DNA of 64,000 nucleotides from Candidatus Latescibacterota bacterium (GTDB lineage Bacteria > Latescibacterota > UBA2968 > GCA-2709665): assembly GCA_965248435.1 (NCBI GenBank), contig OZ252100.1:4832001-4896000 (forward strand), in the 5' to 3' direction. The notes under the pieces are model-generated. The model saw nothing but the letters and a program-made list of their open reading frames with translations. It had not been told where the DNA came from and ran no database searches. The position numbers and the translations under genes are program-made. Shown here in pieces: positions 38,988-48,606 of this stretch. Position 1 is the stretch's first letter, and every line of letters begins with the position of its first letter.

Positions 38988-40004
38988 GTGTTCCTGTTGC
39001 TTACGGATAAAGATCTGGAAGCCAAAGAGAAAGTGGCCATTTTGATGATTGCCCTGGGTCAGGATACCACGGCGCACGTGATGAAGTATCTCTCAGACAT
39101 AGAGATCGAGGACGTCGCGCAGACGATCGCGGAACTGGACGTGGTGACGACGGAGCAGGAAGACAGTGTGTTGGGGGAGTTTGAGCAGCTTCTCATAGCC
39201 GGAAAATATGTCTCACAGGGCGGAATTGATTTCGCACGCGGGGCACTCGAAAAGGCGTTGGGCCCACGAAAGGCACAGTGCCTGCTGGACCGGGTGACGA
39301 GCACGACCACGAGCGGGTTTTATATGCTTCGTAACGTGGACCCGAACCAGATCATTCCCTTTATTTCTAAAGAACATCCCCAGACGATCGCCCTGATCCT
39401 GTCTCAGTTAGACTCGAATCAGGCCGCGGGCGTCCTGAACGGCCTTTCGGAGGGGATGCAGGCCGACGTTTCGTATCGGATCGCGATGATGGATAATATC
39501 TCACCCCAGGTGCTGAGGGATCTGGAGGAGAGCCTGTCGCAGGACCTGCAGGCAATCCTGGCTGGCCAGGTGACCGAGATCGGGGGCCCGAAAGCGCTCG
39601 CAGAGATCCTGAATCGCACAGGAAAATCGACGGAGCGGGCAGTACTCGAACGGCTGGATGGCCACGATCCGGAACTGGCGGAGGACGTCCGAAACCAGAT
39701 GTTCGTCTTCGACGACATCGCGGGCATGACCGACCGGGAGATCCAGATGATCCTCAGGGAGGTGGACACCAAGGACCTGTCGACCGCGCTGAGAGGCGGG
39801 AGCGAGGAGCTGAAGCAGCGGATCTTCCAGAACGTTTCAGAGCGGGTAGGAATGATGATCAAAGAGGAGATGGAATTCTCCGGCCCGATCAGGATGAGTG
39901 ACGTGGAGGAAGTTCAGCTTCGTGTCGTTCAGACGGTGCGACAGCTCGAAGAGGCCGGACAGGTGACCGTGATCCGGGGAGAGAGTGGAGAGATCTTGGT
40001 GTAG
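38988..40004 (+). CDS. fliG: Flagellar motor switch protein FliG (stand-alone)
   Basis: KVAILMIALG, GGIDFAR..L, EHPQTIALILSQL, MFVFDD and NVSER...GPIRMSDVEE.Q. Confidence 0.95.
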   Translation: MFLLLTDKDLEAKEKVAILMIALGQDTTAHVMKYLSDIEIEDVAQTIAELDVVTTEQEDSVLGEFEQLLIAGKYVSQGGIDFARGALEKALGPRKAQCLLDRVTSTTTSGFYMLRNVDPNQIIPFISKEHPQTIALILSQLDSNQAAGVLNGLSEGMQADVSYRIAMMDNISPQVLRDLEESLSQDLQAILAGQVTEIGGPKALAEILNRTGKSTERAVLERLDGHDPELAEDVRNQMFVFDDIAGMTDREIQMILREVDTKDLSTALRGGSEELKQRIFQNVSERVGMMIKEEMEFSGPIRMSDVEEVQLRVVQTVRQLEEAGQVTVIRGESGEILV

Positions 40005-40020
40005 GAATTGCCGCGAAATT

Positions 40021-40063
40021 AAAAACGAAAACGCCCCGGGTTGTTTCCCGGGGCGTTTTTTTC
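40021..40063. terminator. Bidirectional terminator
   Basis: AAAACGCCCCGGG/CCCGGGGCGTTTTTTT. Confidence 0.85.
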
Positions 40064-40084
40064 ATGTGGGGCGTCTCTGCCGGA

Positions 40085-42220
40085 TTACCTGTCAACGGTT
40101 AAGGCGGCGCCGAGCCTCAAACCCCTGGATATCCCGGCGCCCGCCCTGCGGTATCCGGTCGGTTTCAGACGCTCAAGACTGAAGAGGGCCTCCGCCTGGT
40201 CCCAGGCGTGAGGGGAGGAGAGGTCGTCGCTCTGGCCAAAGGGAACGACCGAATAGGATTCTACGTGACCCGGGGCTCTGAACAGGACTACGGTCGTGCA
40301 GGACTGTCCAGATTCCGCGTAACCCTCCAGCGGGTCGTCCGATTTTGCCACGACCTTCAGAGATTCCAGGCCGTTTCCCGAGCTGCCGGACAGGCCCCAC
40401 GAGCGCTCCCCCCTCCGAACCCTGTTGAAGGCCTTCCACGGCAGGTTGAATCGCGCGTATTTCGATTTCAAGTCGAACGCGGCTTCGGCTACAGCCCTGA
40501 GAAGCGCCCTGCGCGTCTGCCGCCCAAGCCTTTCGCGTGCGAGAACCTGACGAATGTCGACGTCTCGCCCGTTCTCCCGACACATCTGCTGCCACCTCAC
40601 ATAGAGCGCCATTCCTTTCGCCTCCTGGTCCGCCCGCCCGTCCCACCTGCCGATGAGACGCACGGCATCCTCGAGATGAGGATATGCCGCTTGAAGCGCA
40701 GGACCCTCTGAATCGAAGGCTTCGAGGAGGGCGCGCTGCCAGAGCTCCGAGTGGACGACGTAGGCGTCGAGCGCCACGTCGAAAGCCTCTTGGAGGGTCA
40801 TCCGGGAATGTCGAGAAAGGAGCTGCCTGGCCCGAAACGAACGCGGAGATTCGGAGCCTGCCATACTATTGAAGATGTAATCGGGATAGCGGTCTGGCGT
40901 GAGCGGGCTGTAGGCCGTGAGCAGGTCCGGGGGGGTGCCGCAGTCCTGCAGCCATCCCTGCGATGGATTGTGGATCTGGATCAGGTCCTCCTGGGGGTGG
41001 ACACCCAACCAATCTGTTTCGGACCCATTTCCCTGCAAGGGCCGGTCCCACTGAAACATTTCTGACCTTACCGGTATGCGCCCTGTCCTGATCGTGGAAA
41101 TATTGCCCTCTACATCTCCGTAGACCAGCCTCAAGGGCCCGGTCTGGGCAAGGGCGAGCGCCGAGAAGAAGGCTTTGACGTCCTTTGCGGTCATCTGGCG
41201 GTAATACTGCTCGATTTGACCGGCCAGGTCTTTTGCGGAAAATCGAAATATGGTGGCCCGACGGCCCTGCCGGAAGAGGATGGGACCGTAATCGGATCGC
41301 TGTGTTCGCCTGCTGAGGGTCTCTATTTCTTTCTTGATCCTGACCTCTATCCGAATCGTATCTGTCCGGACCTCCTTCCACGTTCCCTCGTAGCGATACC
41401 GAGAGGCGGTTGGTGATTCCATTTCGATTTCGTAAACATCCGCTGCATCCGATCCCCCCGGCGCTGCTGACCAGCCCAGGAAGTCGTTGTGTCCGAACAG
41501 GAATACCGGTAGCCCGGGATGTGTGAATCCGAACGCATCGAGGTTCCCCCCGTGCAGGTGGGCTTCGTACCATCTTGTCTGACCGCCCCAGGGCGCGTGA
41601 GGGTCTATACATAAGATCACCGCGTCTTCCGCGGACCGTTCAGCGCTCACGACCCACTGGTTCGACCCGACGTCCCAGGGCGACTCCCCGGCGTATTCTC
41701 GCTCTGCCTGGGCCAGGAGCGCCGGCCAGGTTGCATACCGTGCGAGCGCCAGGACGTGATAAGGCTCAGGCTCGAAGCCCCAGGCCGGAACGGCTTCTGG
41801 ATTGCCCTCCATGTAGGCATTGACCCCACCTAGAAAACCCTCGACGAGGTTCCTGACCTCCGGGTCGAGGTCCGGATATCCACGTATAGCGATCTCTTTG
41901 TGCCTCCAGAGCCGCTGCGTGAAGTCCTGCTCTACGTAGGCCTTCCCGAAATGACGGGCCATCTGACCCGTGGCCGCGAGATAGTTTTTCAGGATGGCTT
42001 CCAGCCGGTCCTCCGCCTGGGCATATCCAAAGGCATACATCGCATCCACCTCACGATTTCCGTAGATATGCGGCACGCCCCACCCGTCCCGATAGATCCT
42101 GACCTGCCCAGGTTCGGCGGAGGCCCATTCGGGGGCGAGGGTGATGGCCACGGCGATCAGGACGAGCGCTTCAAAGGCCCTCAGAGGCTTGACAGTGTGA
42201 AACCGGTTTCTTAGCTTCAT
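40085..42220 (-). CDS. Penicillin acylase family (S45 Ntn hydrolase), secreted
   Basis: Signal peptide, RDGWGVPHIYG, GYAQAEDRL and GSNQW processing site. Confidence 0.9.
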   Translation of the reverse strand: MKLRNRFHTVKPLRAFEALVLIAVAITLAPEWASAEPGQVRIYRDGWGVPHIYGNREVDAMYAFGYAQAEDRLEAILKNYLAATGQMARHFGKAYVEQDFTQRLWRHKEIAIRGYPDLDPEVRNLVEGFLGGVNAYMEGNPEAVPAWGFEPEPYHVLALARYATWPALLAQAEREYAGESPWDVGSNQWVVSAERSAEDAVILCIDPHAPWGGQTRWYEAHLHGGNLDAFGFTHPGLPVFLFGHNDFLGWSAAPGGSDAADVYEIEMESPTASRYRYEGTWKEVRTDTIRIEVRIKKEIETLSRRTQRSDYGPILFRQGRRATIFRFSAKDLAGQIEQYYRQMTAKDVKAFFSALALAQTGPLRLVYGDVEGNISTIRTGRIPVRSEMFQWDRPLQGNGSETDWLGVHPQEDLIQIHNPSQGWLQDCGTPPDLLTAYSPLTPDRYPDYIFNSMAGSESPRSFRARQLLSRHSRMTLQEAFDVALDAYVVHSELWQRALLEAFDSEGPALQAAYPHLEDAVRLIGRWDGRADQEAKGMALYVRWQQMCRENGRDVDIRQVLARERLGRQTRRALLRAVAEAAFDLKSKYARFNLPWKAFNRVRRGERSWGLSGSSGNGLESLKVVAKSDDPLEGYAESGQSCTTVVLFRAPGHVESYSVVPFGQSDDLSSPHAWDQAEALFSLERLKPTGYRRAGAGISRGLRLGAALTVDR

Positions 42221-42360
42221 TTAATCGTGTCCGGCAATCGGAAGGGTCGCGCAACGTGGAAGCGCTCGACGGGGATTGATGTGGCCATAATATAGAGAAA
42301 TAGTGATCCAGGCATTCAACTGATTGGGGATTGGCTCCAAGGTTCAGGAGGTGAAACAGA

Positions 42361-42753
42361 ATGGAAGAAAGCGAAACAGGAAGCGCGGAACAGCAGAATC
42401 AGCTCCTCTTTATGCAGATCGTGATGATGTTCCACGGCGCAGCCTTTCAGCACATGGGAAAGGTGATGAACCCGATCACACAAAAGGTGGAAAGAGATCT
42501 GGCTCAGGCGAAACACGCGATCGACATTCTGGGGATGCTTGAGGAGAAGACCCGTGGCAATCTCACGGAAGACGAAAAACGCATGATGGAGCACACGCTT
42601 TACGAGCTCCGGATGAACTATCTGGATGAAGCAAACAAAGGGGAAGGGGCAGAAAAGGCTGAGCCGGAGGGCGCAGAGACCGGGGCGGAGTCGAGCGAAG
42701 GGGAGAGGGAGAAAGCCGAGGCGTCGGAGTCGACAGAGGAGAGTGAGAATTGA
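42361..42753 (+). CDS. DUF1844 family protein
   Basis: 'DLAQAKHAIDILGMLEEKTRGNLT.DE...LYELRMNY'. Confidence 0.85.
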   Translation: MEESETGSAEQQNQLLFMQIVMMFHGAAFQHMGKVMNPITQKVERDLAQAKHAIDILGMLEEKTRGNLTEDEKRMMEHTLYELRMNYLDEANKGEGAEKAEPEGAETGAESSEGEREKAEASESTEESEN

Positions 42754-43250
42754 CAGGGTGGTTCAAGGTGGCGGGGGTGCTGCTGCTCCTCTGCATCGTG
42801 TATGGCTGTGCCTACTACTCCACCTCGGCGACCGGAGGGTCGGGCTTTCGATCCGTTTCCGTTCCGCTTCTCGAGAATGAAAGCCTCGAATCAGGCATCC
42901 ACCAGGCCTTCACAGACTCCCTCATTCAGGCGTTCTTGACCGACGGCGCATTGAGGGTTGTGGATGAAGACCGGGCCGATGTGATCCTGAAAGGGACGGT
43001 GCTGGAGGTCAGGGAGGAACCTTTTACTTATGGAGAGGAGGCCGACCAGTTTCAGATTTCGGTTTTTCTGGATATGGAACTCTACGATACGCGGACAAAG
43101 AAGCCGCTCTGGGAAGAAAAGCGGCTCCGCGGATACGGCATCTACAGCGCGGAGCTGAAGCGGGAGGAAGAACGAATAAAGGGATTGGCCGACGCGTTCG
43201 CGATCTTGACCAGAGATATTGTGGACAGAACACAGGTTGGAGGGTGGTAG
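42750..43250 (+). CDS. LptE-like lipoprotein
   Basis: Lipobox VYGC, SVSVPLLENES, ADVILKGTV and C-terminal GW. Confidence 0.7.
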   Translation: MTGWFKVAGVLLLLCIVYGCAYYSTSATGGSGFRSVSVPLLENESLESGIHQAFTDSLIQAFLTDGALRVVDEDRADVILKGTVLEVREEPFTYGEEADQFQISVFLDMELYDTRTKKPLWEEKRLRGYGIYSAELKREEERIKGLADAFAILTRDIVDRTQVGGW

Positions 43251-43321
43251 TTCAGAATCCGTCCGTTGTGGTGGAAGGAGAAAGGTCGACCCTTCCAGTT
43301 TAAGGTGGGGTCGTTTTTGCT

Positions 43322-44483
43322 TTGCTCAATTTTGGACTTCATATCCGCGGTGCCGAATCGGCCCTGGATCGCCAAGGGGTCCGGGCTCTGCTGGCCTCGC
43401 AATTCGAGGTTCGGCCCGGGCTGGGCGCCCGCTTTGCGCGGCTCTACGATTCGTTATTTGCCGTAGATTGGGGTGTCGCAGGCACCTTCTCGCGCGTCGC
43501 GGTGGTGAACGGAGAGGTCGTGGGTCACGCGCTGCTCGTGCAGCGACAGTTCTGGGTAGATGGGACGGAGTTCACCGGCGGCATCGTGGCTATGGTTGTG
43601 GTCCACGGAGAGTTCACCGGTAGGGGGATCGGGACCGCGCTGATGGAAGATGTAGAAGCCCTTGCAAGACGCAAGGGCCTTCTGATGCTCCACCTTGCCG
43701 GGGATCCAGGATTCTACACGCGATTCGGCTACGTGGATGCCTACCTCCGGTGCAGCGCGGCGCTCCCGGCTTTGTCGGCTCCAAAGTCCGTCTATGACCT
43801 TCGCAAGGCCGCGGAGGCAGACATTCCGGAATTGGTGCGGCTTTCCTGCGAGGAGAGGGTGACGGGCGGGGTGAATCCTACCGAGTCCAGATGGAGGTGG
43901 TTGCTCAAAACGGGCCATCCTTTCGGCCTCCTCGAAAAGAACGATGTCCTCCTCGGCTTCCTGGCCGAGGAGGATTTTTGTTTGGTCCTTAGGAAGGGTG
44001 CAGAGACACGGGGGTTTCTTCGGGCTGCAGGAGGCGGGAGCAGATCTGCCACCTGAAAATCGGTTGATGAGGGCGGCAGTCGAGGATGGGGCGAGGATTC
44101 AGATCGACCAGGATCCTGAGCTTCTGGTGAAAGTTCTGGACGCTTCTTCCTTGTTGATGCGGCTCCACCACACCCTGGCGCTGAGATGGGCGGAAGCGGG
44201 GATCTCGCGCGACGAGGCTCGGATCGCGCTTTCTAGCGGCGAGGATGGGGTCTTGCTGGCATTTGGAGAGAAGGCGTTGAACGTTTTGGCGAAGCCCGTG
44301 GCTGAAGAAGCGGCCGATTGGCGCGTGACTCTGCCTGAAATCGGACTGGCCCGGGCCATCCTTGGAACGGATGCCCTGGCCGAGCGCATCGCTTCTCAGG
44401 ATGTCGAATCCGATCTTCTAGAGCTTATCAACGCGGTTTTCCCGGCCAGAAGTCCATACTTCTGGCTTAGTGACTCTCTTTAG
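43322..44483 (+). pseudogene. Eis-like GNAT acetyltransferase, split by a frameshift or deletion near 44050
   Basis: GNAT motif (RGIGTALM, FYTRFGY) in 43322-44056. The C-terminal part (LPPENRLMR..., ..FPARSPYFWLSDSL) lies in another frame. Confidence 0.65.
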
Positions 44484-44624
44484 AGAAGGTCCATTATCGC
44501 GCCCCTTTCCTGGGCGCGCGATCATATATTAATCTTATTAAACAATGGGTTATGTGCGAATACCATGCTTCAGCATCCCTCCTGGATCGTCTTTATGGGG
44601 CACTGAAGGACGGCCAAAAGAGGC

Positions 44625-44651
44625 TAAAGCTTCTTACGAGGTGTCCGATAA
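44625..44651 (+). promoter_or_regulatory. sigma28 (FliA)-like promoter
   Basis: TAAA-15 bp-TCCGATAA. Confidence 0.6.
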
Positions 44652-44676
44652 ACAAAATATAATCGTACCAAATAAT

Positions 44677-44706
44677 ATCAAGCGATTCCAAATCAAGCGA
44701 TTCCAA
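44677..44706 (+). repeat. 15-bp perfect tandem duplication
   Basis: ATCAAGCGATTCCAA x2. Confidence 0.85.
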
Positions 44707-44730
44707 AAACTCTTAGCCAAGGAGGGCTAA

Positions 44731-44916
44731 ATGTACCCACAGGATGCGAAAAACCGAGCTCAGGATGCAGGAGACGAGCGTGAGCAAAACGCGGCTGTCC
44801 CCACTCCTCTGTCTGAAACGGATTCGACGCAGCGAACCCCTCTGCTGAAGAACCTGATAAACAGAGATCTTCTCGGATTTATGAGCCGGTTTTTCGTCAA
44901 TCGATTCCCCTCTTAG
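44731..44916 (+). CDS. Small hypothetical protein (61 aa)
   Basis: AAGGAGG RBS, downstream of the sigma28-like promoter. Confidence 0.4.
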   Translation: MYPQDAKNRAQDAGDEREQNAAVPTPLSETDSTQRTPLLKNLINRDLLGFMSRFFVNRFPS

Positions 44917-44999
44917 GTACGCCATGCGAGAGATTTCCATCAATAAGATTCAAAGCCCAGACCTGCGACCGGGTCTGCCCATCTTACAGGAGGTAAGAG

Positions 45000-45179
45000 A
45001 TGGATCGGAACACCTCAGAGAGATTGATCAGACGTTTTGGATTTGAGAAAGGATTGCACCTTCTAAACGTTATGACCGCGCGAGACCTCGGGATGATTCC
45101 TGAAAAGCGTATTATCAATTTTGTCGAGAATAACATTCGGTTCTACAGCGTAGGCGACGAAGCAACGACCCAGGACTGA
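45000..45179 (+). CDS. Small protein (59 aa), absent from the ORF track; paralog of 48261-48449
   Basis: AGGAGG RBS. MDRNTSERLIRRFGFEKGLHLLNVMTARDLGMIPEKRIINFVENNIRFYSVGDEATTQD*, followed by a terminator. Confidence 0.7.
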   Translation: MDRNTSERLIRRFGFEKGLHLLNVMTARDLGMIPEKRIINFVENNIRFYSVGDEATTQD

Positions 45180-45199
45180 TGCCTATTCCATATTCAAAT

Positions 45200-45234
45200 A
45201 AAAGGGCGCGATCTTCAACAGATCGCGCCTTTTT
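45200..45234. terminator. Bidirectional terminator
   Basis: AAAAGGGCGCGATCT..AGATCGCGCCTTTTT. Confidence 0.8.
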
Positions 45235-45259
45235 ACATTCTTGATTCGGTCGGGTCACC

Positions 45260-46711
45260 TCATTCCCTTGACTGGCTCTCCAGAAAAGCGATCAGGCCGT
45301 TCAAGGATTTGTGCACTTCCTTGAAGTAGCGATTTTCCTTAAAGGGTCGAATCATCTCCCACTTTTCGAACGTAAAGCGCTCAGAGGAATACTCGATGGG
45401 GGCGTACATGAATTTGACCCCGAAACTCTTGAACTGCACTTCCTCCTCGTCTTCCTCGACCTCACAACCTACAATCTTCCCCAGGATGGAGATCCGCTTG
45501 GGAAGCAGGGGACGGTATGCATCCGTATCCCTGTTGAAGCGCAGCCTGGGATAGAAGTTGAAGAGAAGGACCATGTTTTCCAGGGTCACCATCTGGTCCT
45601 CCAGGGGGATCTTTTGCCAGTCTTTTCCGAGCAGGTATTCGAGAAATGCATCACTATTGTCGAACCGAAAACCGTTTACGCTGAAGTCAACAACCCCGAC
45701 CTGGAACCCTCTTTCCACCTTGATTTGCATCTGGGGGCGCAGTGTAATGTTTTCGAGGCCGCCTTTTGAGACTTCCGAAACCAGCTCGTAGTAGTTGAAG
45801 CTGCCATCTACAGAACGCGCCCCGTAGTGGAGCACGAGGGTGTCCTCTACCTTGAGGTAGGAGGGGTCGCGCCTGTCTTTGATACGGGAGATGATCGGCT
45901 TCTTGATGTGCAGGTTGCGCCCTATTTCTTCACTGCCCAGTCCCAGCACATCTGAATAGCCGAGTTCCAGCAGGATGGAACGGTTCTGCTTTTCGTCTGT
46001 GACCGGCTTGGACACGTGCACGTTGCGATCTTCGGAATAATTTGCCTTCATGGCCTCCTTGAATTCCTGGACCAGCTGCTCCAGATTTAACCTGGAACCC
46101 GGAGTGCCCTCTTCACCCTGGTTGTGTGGAATCGCTTTCAGGTCTTCGATCCAGAGTTGAAAGGGTCCATCCTCAGGATAGGTCTGATCGGTTTTCCACA
46201 CGACGGCATCGAACAGAATCTGCGGATAGACGGGCAGAGCGGCACGTCCGCGGACGTGGGTAAATCGCAGAGAGCTTCTCTTGTCTTGTTTAATGACATC
46301 GGAAAGAGGCGCCAGTCTGTAAACCGCACCCACTTTTGGGTCGATCCGCTGCAGGACTTCCAGCGGAAGGCGGACCATCTCTTCCACCTCACACTCCAAC
46401 ACGCGAGGCACCCTTTCGTGAAGAAACCAGAGCTTAATAATTTCTCCGTTGCCCTGAAGCAGACCCCTTGTTTCGGTCTTGATTGCGTCCGGGACGGTTG
46501 CGAACAGTCCACGGTCCCTGATCATCAATTGGCCGTCGTATTTGAGCAGGAGGGTCGTTCCCAGGTCTTCCTGGACCGGTTCTCCCGCAGCCGTTTGGAC
46601 GAGCGTACAGTTCGCGGAACTGACTTCGAAGTCGGCCATTTTCAGCAGGGCCTTGCCCCTGAGACTCAGGCGGGATCTGGCGCCCCGTTTTATGAAAAGA
46701 TTACCAAGCAT
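45260..46711 (-). CDS. Hypothetical protein with PilZ-like c-di-GMP motifs
   Basis: QDKRSSLRF (RxxxR) and VVDFSVNGFRF (DxSxxG). Long ORF with an upstream TTGACT-16-TACATT promoter. Confidence 0.55.
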   Translation of the reverse strand: MLGNLFIKRGARSRLSLRGKALLKMADFEVSSANCTLVQTAAGEPVQEDLGTTLLLKYDGQLMIRDRGLFATVPDAIKTETRGLLQGNGEIIKLWFLHERVPRVLECEVEEMVRLPLEVLQRIDPKVGAVYRLAPLSDVIKQDKRSSLRFTHVRGRAALPVYPQILFDAVVWKTDQTYPEDGPFQLWIEDLKAIPHNQGEEGTPGSRLNLEQLVQEFKEAMKANYSEDRNVHVSKPVTDEKQNRSILLELGYSDVLGLGSEEIGRNLHIKKPIISRIKDRRDPSYLKVEDTLVLHYGARSVDGSFNYYELVSEVSKGGLENITLRPQMQIKVERGFQVGVVDFSVNGFRFDNSDAFLEYLLGKDWQKIPLEDQMVTLENMVLLFNFYPRLRFNRDTDAYRPLLPKRISILGKIVGCEVEEDEEEVQFKSFGVKFMYAPIEYSSERFTFEKWEMIRPFKENRYFKEVHKSLNGLIAFLESQSRE

Positions 46712-46902
46712 TTTCTGAATGAATCCACTTGTGTTTGATGCTATAATTTCTACTAATAATGTATTTGTATATCGGACGAAGTCAAGACTGCATGCAGTTC
46801 AATTTCTGCAAAGGAGTTGATCGGGTTGGTGTGCTCGCCTATATTTTCAAACTCCGATGCTTGATGGGTGCCTCCTGAGTCCAATTCACGAGGGCAGGTG
46901 AC

Positions 46903-47364
46903 TTGCCGGCCGCTGTGTCAAAAATCACGCGTGACTTTACCGCAACGACGTTTGTCGTTCAGGACGAGCGTACGATATTGCTTTTCCACAAGAAGATCAA
47001 ACAGTGGTTTCCCCCGGGTGGTCACATTCATCCGAATGAACTCCCTTGCGAGGCGGCGGTTCGAGAGGTCGAGGAGGAAACCGGTCTCCGGGTGGAGTTG
47101 ATTTCAGAGCGATCCAGAATGGGCTCCGTGGAACTGCTTTGCCGGCCCGAGTGTGTGCTGCTCGAACAGATAGAGCCCCACCATCAACATATCGATCTGA
47201 TCTATTTCGCCAGAGTCGTGGGCGGCTGCTTCCGATATGCGCCTTCAGAAGCGGAGGACTACAGATGGTGCACCGAAGAGGATCTCGACGATCCAGAGAT
47301 TCCGGAGGACATCCGACAGTTGGGGAAAAAGGCCATTCGAGATATTTACGATGCCAAGAGATAA
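46903..47364 (+). CDS. NUDIX hydrolase
   Basis: PGGHIHPNE...AAVREVEEETGL Nudix box. Confidence 0.9.
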   Translation: MPAAVSKITRDFTATTFVVQDERTILLFHKKIKQWFPPGGHIHPNELPCEAAVREVEEETGLRVELISERSRMGSVELLCRPECVLLEQIEPHHQHIDLIYFARVVGGCFRYAPSEAEDYRWCTEEDLDDPEIPEDIRQLGKKAIRDIYDAKR

Positions 47365-48289
47365 CGTTGTAGCCGATAGTATTCTAGGTCTGGTCGGAGA
47401 GACCCCGGTGATCCGATTGCGGCGGGTCGTATCTCCAGGGATGGCAGAGGTGGTAGCGAAGGCCGAATGGCTGAATCCCGCTGGTTCGGTGAAGGACCGG
47501 ATTGCCCGGGCCATGATCGATGCGGCTGAAAAGAAGGGAGATCTAAGGCAGGGGATGAGAATCGTGGAGCCAACGAGTGGAAATACGGGTATTGGCCTGG
47601 CCATGGTCGCCGCCTCGAAGGGTTATCGGCTGACGCTTACGATGCCGGACACGATGAGCCAGGAAAGGATCGAGCTTCTGAGGAGTTTTGATGCAGAAGT
47701 CGTGCTGACGCCCGGAGACGAAGACATGGATGGGGCGGTCAAGGCGGCACACGAAATCCTTGCTGAATCCCCGGAGACGACCTTTATGCCTCAACAGTTC
47801 GAGAACGAGGCCAATCCGGAAGTACATAGAAGAACGACCGCGGCCGAAATCCTGAAAGCCACTGACGGGCATGTGGATGCGCTTGTCGCTGGAGTCGGAA
47901 CGGGCGGGACGATAACAGGTGTGGGAGAGGTCCTGAAGGAGCAGAACCCGGATGTCCTGGTTGTGGCCGTTGAACCTTCGAGCTCGAACGTCCTTTCTGG
48001 AGGGAGGGCTGGGCCTCACAACATCCAGGGGATCGGGGCCGGATTTGTTCCACGCGTTCTCAACCGTGATGTGATTGATGAGGTGATCTGCGTAGAAGAA
48101 CCCGAGGCCTTCGAAATGGCTCACAGGCTCGCGAGGGAAGAGGGGTTGCTCGTCGGGATCTCGGCAGGTGCCAATGTTCACGTGGCCCTGGAGATCGCCG
48201 AGCGGTTGGGAGAGGGGAAGCGGGTTGTGACTCTACTTTGTGATTCCGGAGGGCGATACTTCAGCGTTGAGGGTTTTTCGACCGCCTGA
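47351..48289 (+). CDS. cysK: Cysteine synthase A
   Basis: NPAGSVKDR, EPTSGNTGIG, GVGTGGT and HNIQGIGAGF. Confidence 0.93.
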   Translation: MPRDNVVADSILGLVGETPVIRLRRVVSPGMAEVVAKAEWLNPAGSVKDRIARAMIDAAEKKGDLRQGMRIVEPTSGNTGIGLAMVAASKGYRLTLTMPDTMSQERIELLRSFDAEVVLTPGDEDMDGAVKAAHEILAESPETTFMPQQFENEANPEVHRRTTAAEILKATDGHVDALVAGVGTGGTITGVGEVLKEQNPDVLVVAVEPSSSNVLSGGRAGPHNIQGIGAGFVPRVLNRDVIDEVICVEEPEAFEMAHRLAREEGLLVGISAGANVHVALEIAERLGEGKRVVTLLCDSGGRYFSVEGFSTA

Positions 48290-48449
48290 CACTTTTGGGC
48301 TTTCCCTTCTTCAGGTTCGCCCTCGGATTTGGACGGGTATCGCTGTGCCGGATTGTGGTGTCGTCCATAGCCGTGAAAAGGTTTAGAATATGAAGGCCTT
48401 TTTCGACACCGAACATCTCGATCAGGCTTTGGATGGTTTCTGGGGACAA
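48261..48449 (-). CDS. Small protein (62 aa); paralog of 45000-45179
   Basis: AGGAGG RBS before TTG. LIEMFGVEKGLHILNLFTA matches LIRRFGFEKGLHLLNVMTA. Confidence 0.65.
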   Translation of the reverse strand: MSPETIQSLIEMFGVEKGLHILNLFTAMDDTTIRHSDTRPNPRANLKKGKPKSVRRSKNPQR

Positions 48450-48568
48450 TTTTTCCTCCTGAAAGGGATATTTTGACCCTATCTGAATACCTGGAACGGC
48501 CTGAAGTGATGAAACAAGGCAGAAAATCAGAAGCCAGGCGTTCCGCCGGGCTTCATTCGTCTATATCT

Positions 48569-48584
48569 CGCAATTCGTATGCCA
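48569..48584 (-). promoter_or_regulatory. sigma54 promoter
   Basis: TGGCATACGAATTGCG, 14/16 identical to the fliG site. Confidence 0.6.
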
Positions 48585-48606
48585 CCTCGATGCAAAGCAG
48601 GCGAGG

